Shown piece after piece: positions 58,865 through 64,000 of a stretch of 64,000 nucleotides of DNA (positions within the stretch are counted from its first letter, which is position 1; each line of letters starts with the position of its first letter). Made by a program: the position numbers and the translations under genes. Where the stretch lies: contig JBIJBE010000001.1 of the NCBI GenBank assembly GCA_044345405.1, positions 104,165 through 168,164 of the forward strand, given 5' to 3'. This DNA is from Bdellovibrionota bacterium. GTDB lineage: Bacteria; Bdellovibrionota_C; UBA2361; OMII01. The notes beneath the pieces were generated by a model, which was not told the origin of the DNA, did no database searches, and saw only the letters and a list, made by a program, of their open reading frames with translations.

Positions 58865-58923
58865 TGCATCCAAGTAGAGAAATCCCTGGTCGGACGACCG
58901 GCCTATGGGGTAATGTTAAAACT

Positions 58924-59673
58924 ATGAAAATACTTGTTCCCGTAAAACGTGTGCCAGATTGGCAGATAAAGCTCAAGCTCCTTCCGGATGGTTCCGGTAT
59001 ACAGACCGATGGCATCAAATGGATCTTAAACACCTTCGACGAGATCGCGGTTGAAGAGGCTATCCGGTTGAAGGAGAAAGGGGTTGTCACCGAGATCGTT
59101 CTGGTGAGTATAGGACCAGAGGACGTACGAGCTCGGCTTGAGTACGCCCTCGCGATGGGTGCCGACTCCGCTATCCTCATCAAACACGAGGGCCCAGCCG
59201 ATTCGGACCTCGCCTCACGCGCCATAGCTGAGGTGTTCAAGAAGGGCGACTACGCAATGATTATGTTGGGCAAGCAAGCGATCGATTCTGACGCTAACCA
59301 GACCGCGCAGCTCGTCGCCGCTCGACTCAACCTTCCGCAGGCGTGCTTCGCTTCGAAGGTTGTCGTTGAAGGGGGGGCAGCCACCGTGACTCGAGAGGTC
59401 GATGGTGGTCTGGAGACCATAAAGGTTCCACTTCCGTGCGTTGTCTCGACCGATCTCCGATTGAACGAGCCGCGCTACGCCGCACTGCCGAACCTGATGA
59501 AGGCGAAAAAGAAGCCATTCGAGGTGATAACCCTTGATTCCTTAGGTGTCTCGGCTGATGTGAAGGTAAAGGTGCGCGGCCTCTCAACTCCAAGTGCTCG
59601 CAAAGCCGGACGTAAGGTGGGGAGCGTACAAGAGCTCGTCGAGGCGCTGCAAAACGAGGCAAAGGTTCTCTAG
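58924..59673 (+). CDS. etfB: Electron transfer flavoprotein beta subunit
   Basis: MKILVPVKRVPD... is the typical EtfB N-terminus. The ATG at 58924 was chosen. Confidence 0.85.
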   Translation: MKILVPVKRVPDWQIKLKLLPDGSGIQTDGIKWILNTFDEIAVEEAIRLKEKGVVTEIVLVSIGPEDVRARLEYALAMGADSAILIKHEGPADSDLASRAIAEVFKKGDYAMIMLGKQAIDSDANQTAQLVAARLNLPQACFASKVVVEGGAATVTREVDGGLETIKVPLPCVVSTDLRLNEPRYAALPNLMKAKKKPFEVITLDSLGVSADVKVKVRGLSTPSARKAGRKVGSVQELVEALQNEAKVL

Positions 59674-59687
59674 TAGGTACTAAAACG

Positions 59688-60674
59688 ATGGCAAATATTC
59701 TTCTTTTCATTCAACACGTCGATGGAAGGGTTCTTAAGGGAACTCTCAGCGCTCTGAGTGCGGCGCGCGAGCTTAAAGGTCCATGGCAGGCAGCCCAGAT
59801 CGTGGGTATCGCGCTTGGGCCAGGAGCTCAGGCCGCAGCCAAGGAGATGCTCGGATACGGCTTGTCGAGCGTTCGGTATTCGGAAAACGCGCTCTTTGAG
59901 AAGTATCGGGCTGAGCCCTACGCGCGAGCTGTCGCGCTCGCCGCAAAGGAGTTGTCGGCGTCGTCGGTGGTCGCGCTGGCGAGTAGCTCTGGAAAGGACG
60001 CCCTCCCTCGGGTCGCCGTTCTTTTGGACGCCGCGCAAGCCTCGGACATCATCGGTGTAAACGCCGATGGTTCTATAAAGCGTCCGATGTACGCCGGAAA
60101 CATCATCGCTGAGGTCGAGCTTATGGCGCCTCACCGCGTTGTGACTGTCCGCTCTACCGCTTTTGCTCCCGCGACGCAGGAGGCCGGTGGGACCGAGTGC
60201 TCCGAACTTGCTCTGGCGGGAGATCCGGAGCTTCACGAACAGCCCCGGTTCGGTGAGATCGTAGGGTATGAGATCTCGAAGGCTGACAGGCCAGAGCTCT
60301 CTGATGCCACCGTTGTTGTCAGTGGTGGTCGCGCCCTCGGCTCCGCTGAGAGCTTTGAGAAGGTTATCTTTCCGCTCGCTGATGCGTTTGGCGCCGCAAT
60401 CGGAGCCTCGCGCGCCGCGGTTGATTCTGGATACGCGCCGAATGATTGGCAGGTGGGGCAGACCGGTAAGGTCGTGGCTCCAACCCTCTACGTCTCGGTG
60501 GGGATCTCTGGAGCTATCCAGCACCTCGCTGGCATGAAAGATTCTAAGGTTATCGTCGCCATTAATAAGGATCCTGACGCTCCGATCTTTGAGGTCGCTG
60601 ATTACGGACTCGTCGCGGATCTCTTCACGGTAGGCCCCGAGCTCACCGAGAAGGTTCGCGGGCTTCGGTCGTAA
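59688..60674 (+). CDS. etfA: Electron transfer flavoprotein alpha subunit
   Basis: C-terminal FAD-binding region [10 protein letters not shown]...[42 protein letters not shown]. Confidence 0.85.
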   Translation: MANILLFIQHVDGRVLKGTLSALSAARELKGPWQAAQIVGIALGPGAQAAAKEMLGYGLSSVRYSENALFEKYRAEPYARAVALAAKELSASSVVALASSSGKDALPRVAVLLDAAQASDIIGVNADGSIKRPMYAGNIIAEVELMAPHRVVTVRSTAFAPATQEAGGTECSELALAGDPELHEQPRFGEIVGYEISKADRPELSDATVVVSGGRALGSAESFEKVIFPLADAFGAAIGASRAAVDSGYAPNDWQVGQTGKVVAPTLYVSVGISGAIQHLAGMKDSKVIVAINKDPDAPIFEVADYGLVADLFTVGPELTEKVRGLRS

Positions 60675-61177
60675 TGCTCTTCGTCGCGGCGCGTCGTTCC
60701 GTTTGTAGGGTCGCCAACTCGCTCGTGCTTGTTGGATTCCTTTCTGCGTGCATCGTTTCCGCGTGCGCCCAGTCCTCGAAGCTGCCCGTCGTCGAGGGGC
60801 GGTTTCTCACCACCTCTGGCGCTGAAACGCCAAGCTTTAAGCTTGAGGTGTGCGCTAACGACGGCGAAAGGTCGATGGGTCTGATGTATCGCCGCGCCCT
60901 CGCGAAGGATGCGGGAATGATATTCCTGTTTCCTGAGGAGCGTCACAACTCATTCTGGATGAAGAACACCTACATCCCCCTCGATATGGTCTTCGTGGGG
61001 CGGGATATGAAGGTAGTTGGAGTTCTTCACAACGTGCCACCTCTCAACGAGCTTCCTCGAAGTGTGGGGAAGCCGAGCATGTACGTACTCGAATTCGCGG
61101 CCGGCACCATGAAGGTCCAAGGGGTCGAGGAGGGCGCTGAGCTCAAGATTTCTCAGCCCTTACCTAAGGCGCACTAG
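60674..61177 (+). CDS. DUF192 domain protein (secreted)
   Basis: GMIFLFPEERHNSFWMKNTYIPLDMVFV matches the DUF192 core. N-terminal hydrophobic signal. Confidence 0.65.
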   Translation: MLFVAARRSVCRVANSLVLVGFLSACIVSACAQSSKLPVVEGRFLTTSGAETPSFKLEVCANDGERSMGLMYRRALAKDAGMIFLFPEERHNSFWMKNTYIPLDMVFVGRDMKVVGVLHNVPPLNELPRSVGKPSMYVLEFAAGTMKVQGVEEGAELKISQPLPKAH

Positions 61178-61290
61178 GCTCCCTCTTTTAAAGGGCTTGT
61201 AAGAGGCCCTCCGCCGCCCGCTATGATGACCATCAGGGTGACGGATCTCCGTGTTTTTTCAAGTAGAAGTTAGGAGCGGCTCGGCTTATA

Positions 61291-62838
61291 GTGGCCCGTC
61301 TGTGCCCTTGTGTGTTCGAGCTGTGGAGCCCCTCCGTGAACGATAGTAACTCTCTTCTTCCTCCATTCGTCTCGCCGTTGAGTATCGAAGAGCTTCACCC
61401 ATTCATTGACACCGTGGTTGGAATGGTTCTCGTTTTTGGGGGATTGGCGGTTCTTGGCCTTGTTACCTCTAGGATATCGCTTTCCAGTCGGTGGATCCGT
61501 GTGGTCGTCGGTCTATTCGGAGCTTCCCTCGTCGTCGGGGGCATCGATGAGCTGGCTGTAGCCTTTCTTGGAGTCGACGTCGACGATCCTTTTTCCCTTG
61601 TTGAGTACATCACCGCGCTTGGGATCTTGAGCGTGGCGCTCGTCGCGCTTCCGTGGTTCTTCCTCCGCGCTGTCACGGCGCATAGAACGATCGAATCATT
61701 GCGCGGAGAGATTCAGGTAACGGGGCGAATGGCCGAAGAGGTGCGCGCTCAACAACGAGAGCTTTCTCAGCGGTACGCCGCGAGTTCAAACGCACTCGCA
61801 AAAACAACAGCTGAGGCGTTTCGGTTCGAAGCGCTCGTTCGGTCATCTAAGGATGCTGTGATCGGGGTTAATGAAGACGGGACTATTTGGCACTGGAATC
61901 CGGCCGCGGAGGAGTTGTGTAAGCGGGGCGCGCAGGAGATGTTGGGCCAATCGTTGGAAAATGTCCGGGTTGGTCCCTCGGGAGATCTTTGGAAGGAGAC
62001 CAAACGCATTAACACGCTTCCCTATCTCAAGGCTCAAGGTGAGGTGCCTCTTGTCGCTGGGGATGGGTCGGTAGTCCCGGTGTGGTTCAGCGTCTCTCGA
62101 TTACCTGAGCAGTCTGGCGGGGGGTTTTCAATCATAGCTCGTAACATGAGCGACAAGAAGGCGGTCGAGGAGAAGATATCGACGGCGCTCGTTGAGAAGG
62201 AGGCGCTTCTGAAAGAGGTGCACCACCGGGTTAAAAATAACCTCCAGCTTATTTGCAGCCTCCTCCGTCTTCAGGCTAAGGAAGCCGCGGATGAGGCCGG
62301 ATTGCGACTTTTTAGGAAGAGTGAGGAGCGGATACGTTCCTTGGCGCTCGTCCATGAGAAGCTCTATCGATCAGAATCCCTCTCCACGATCAATTTTGGG
62401 GGGTATCTGCACGATCTTGTCGCGCAGCTTGTTCGGTCTAGCAGCTCATCGCTCGCTCCGATCGAGGTGGAGTATTCCGTGATGGATCTTCAATTCCCAA
62501 TCGACACCGCAATTACATGCGGTTTGATAGTGAACGAGCTCGTCACGAACAGCATGAAGCACGCGAAATCTGAAGGGTCCGTCATGAGGCTACGGGTTGG
62601 GCTCCAACGCCAAGACGAGGACGTGTTTATCTCGGTGTGGGATAACGGCACCAGTCCCGTTGCGCCCAACGTTATTGAGGATAGCGTCTCCCTTGGGTTG
62701 AGTTTAGTACGAACGCTGACGAGACAGCTCGGAGGTGCCGTTAAGGTCTCGCAAGATGAAGGTGTCGCTTTTACGGTCCGTTTACCGGCGACCGTGTTAA
62801 AGCCGAAGGAGGGGGCCGCGCATCGGATTGCGGCGTAG
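61291..62838 (+). CDS. Membrane sensor histidine kinase with PAS domain and HisKA_2-type H-box
   Basis: TM helices at the N-terminus. PAS-like region. H-box EVHHRVKNNLQLICSLLRLQ. C-terminal HATPase-like LSLVRTLTRQLGG. Confidence 0.7.
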   Translation: MARLCPCVFELWSPSVNDSNSLLPPFVSPLSIEELHPFIDTVVGMVLVFGGLAVLGLVTSRISLSSRWIRVVVGLFGASLVVGGIDELAVAFLGVDVDDPFSLVEYITALGILSVALVALPWFFLRAVTAHRTIESLRGEIQVTGRMAEEVRAQQRELSQRYAASSNALAKTTAEAFRFEALVRSSKDAVIGVNEDGTIWHWNPAAEELCKRGAQEMLGQSLENVRVGPSGDLWKETKRINTLPYLKAQGEVPLVAGDGSVVPVWFSVSRLPEQSGGGFSIIARNMSDKKAVEEKISTALVEKEALLKEVHHRVKNNLQLICSLLRLQAKEAADEAGLRLFRKSEERIRSLALVHEKLYRSESLSTINFGGYLHDLVAQLVRSSSSSLAPIEVEYSVMDLQFPIDTAITCGLIVNELVTNSMKHAKSEGSVMRLRVGLQRQDEDVFISVWDNGTSPVAPNVIEDSVSLGLSLVRTLTRQLGGAVKVSQDEGVAFTVRLPATVLKPKEGAAHRIAA

Positions 62839-62923
62839 GTGGTAGCGTGGAACGTGGAAATACCCTCCCGCGGACACCGGAAAGGGGGTAGATCTTCCTC
62901 ATTGACCTGTTCGTGAGGGAAGA

Positions 62924-63544
62924 ATGAAAGGGGAATGGACCAAGCGTGAGGAGCGAATTCTTCGCTCGTTGAGAACGCCGTCAAAGATTCAATCGTTTTT
63001 AGACGCGTTGCCGTATAGGTGTGAAGATGGCCACCTTTCCGCCCGAGCGGCTCTCAGAGATGATCGCGCCCACTGCTTTGATGGATCCCTCTTGGCGGCG
63101 GCGGCGCTCAAGCGGTGTGGGCTCGAGCCTAGCCTGATCGACCTCTGCGCTACTCGCGACGATGATCACATTTTGTGTGCCTTTCGGTGGAAGGGGCGGT
63201 GGGGCGCGGTGGCGAAGTCAAATTTTCCCGGTCTTCGATACCGTGAGCCTGTATTCCGTACCGCCCGCGAGCTCGTGCTCTCGTATTTCGAACTCTACTT
63301 CAATCTTGAGCGGGAGAAGACCTTGCGAGCGTTCTCTACGCCGATGCCCCTTCCGTCTCGCGGACGGGTGGATTGGGAGTGCGACGATACCCAGGGGGAT
63401 GTGATCGTTGAGATGCTCGGTAATCGAAAACATCACGCGCTCCTCCTGCCCGGACAGGAGCGCTCCCTTCGAGACCTTGATGAGAGGTTGTATCGGTCGC
63501 AATTAGTCGGGGTCAACATGAAGGGAGCCTATGGGGGCCGGTAG
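62924..63544 (+). CDS. Hypothetical protein with conserved Cys/His pairs
   Basis: 206 aa, HCFDGSLL...HILCAFRW. No confident family assignment. Confidence 0.4.
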   Translation: MKGEWTKREERILRSLRTPSKIQSFLDALPYRCEDGHLSARAALRDDRAHCFDGSLLAAAALKRCGLEPSLIDLCATRDDDHILCAFRWKGRWGAVAKSNFPGLRYREPVFRTARELVLSYFELYFNLEREKTLRAFSTPMPLPSRGRVDWECDDTQGDVIVEMLGNRKHHALLLPGQERSLRDLDERLYRSQLVGVNMKGAYGGR

Positions 63545-63597
63545 GATTTGCTATACTGGTACCAGATAATCCCCCTTTGAATTTCAGGGCAGTCGTT

Positions 63598-63966
63598 ATG
63601 ACCAAATCGAAAGAGAGTGACTATAGGGTCGTCTATACCACCGAAGAGGGGGCTCTATGCCCCGAATGTAAGCGCCCCAAAGCTAAGTGCGGGTGCGCCG
63701 ACGCTCGAAGGATGGAGGTCAAGGGGGACGGAAACGTGCGCGTTCGGCGAGAGACGAACGGTCGTGGTGGTAAAACAGTCACTACCATCGCGGGTTTAGC
63801 GTTGAACCAGGTCGAGCTCCAGACGTTGCTGAAGGACTTCAAAAGGGTGTGTGGAGCCGGTGGCTCTATCAAGGACGGCGTTATTGAGATTCAAGGCGAT
63901 CACTGTGACCTCGTCCTGCGCGAGCTTGGTCGGCGGGGCATTAAGGCGAAGCGAGCTGGGGGGTGA
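63598..63966 (+). CDS. yciH: Translation initiation factor SUI1 family protein (YciH)
   Basis: GKTVTTIAGL...LKDFKRVCGAGGSIKDGVIEIQGDH matches the SUI1 fold pattern. Confidence 0.8.
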   Translation: MTKSKESDYRVVYTTEEGALCPECKRPKAKCGCADARRMEVKGDGNVRVRRETNGRGGKTVTTIAGLALNQVELQTLLKDFKRVCGAGGSIKDGVIEIQGDHCDLVLRELGRRGIKAKRAGG

Positions 63967-64000
63967 GGCCGGGGCACTCTGCGCATACGTCGAAAAGGTT

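Noticed and set aside
1-64000. tRNA, rRNA, tmRNA, RNase P and SRP RNA genes
   Set aside because: Scanned for T-loop (GGTTCGANTCC) and other conserved RNA motifs and found none. Large non-coding stretches (2211-2595, 9383-9790, 39428-40158, 46195-46555, 52673-53220) remain unexplained and would need covariance-model scanning.

Overview
This 64 kb window is a high-GC (~60%) chromosomal segment from a Gram-negative-type bacterium, shown by BamA, LptF/LptG and Tat/Sec signal peptides. Most genes are housekeeping or well-known families. Translation: rpsU, rpmG, tyrS, alaS, yciH, cmk, rlmD, dus, tex. Cofactor and redox: sufS, etfBA, beta-carbonic anhydrase with a SulP transporter. Signalling: two histidine kinases. 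Between these lie accessory or poorly conserved segments. There is a family of REP/MITE-like palindromic elements (GGGAGGGCGRYCATTCC) at intergenic gene ends. A tandem pair of secreted Thr/Pro-rich proteins sits at 3.3-6.1 kb, one with a dense Cys-rich domain. A lower-GC island at 18.9-22.4 kb carries a possible degraded DNA methyltransferase and an orphan protein. An alpha-oxoamine synthase is translationally coupled to a KAS I/II-like enzyme. One P-type ATPase homolog has every catalytic motif degenerate. A locus at 31-38 kb holds a CHAT (caspase-like) protease, a LysM protein, an orphan protein and a secreted serpin. Two paralogous small proteins share a C-terminal motif. One small secreted protein is built from three 29-aa CxxG-YTSG-xC repeats. 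A Ski2/HelY-like helicase is split into two translationally coupled ORFs (TAATG overlap, perfect SD embedded in an RGG-rich tail). No tRNA, rRNA or CRISPR arrays were recognised. All calls are from reading the translated ORFs and DNA by eye; no database searches were run.
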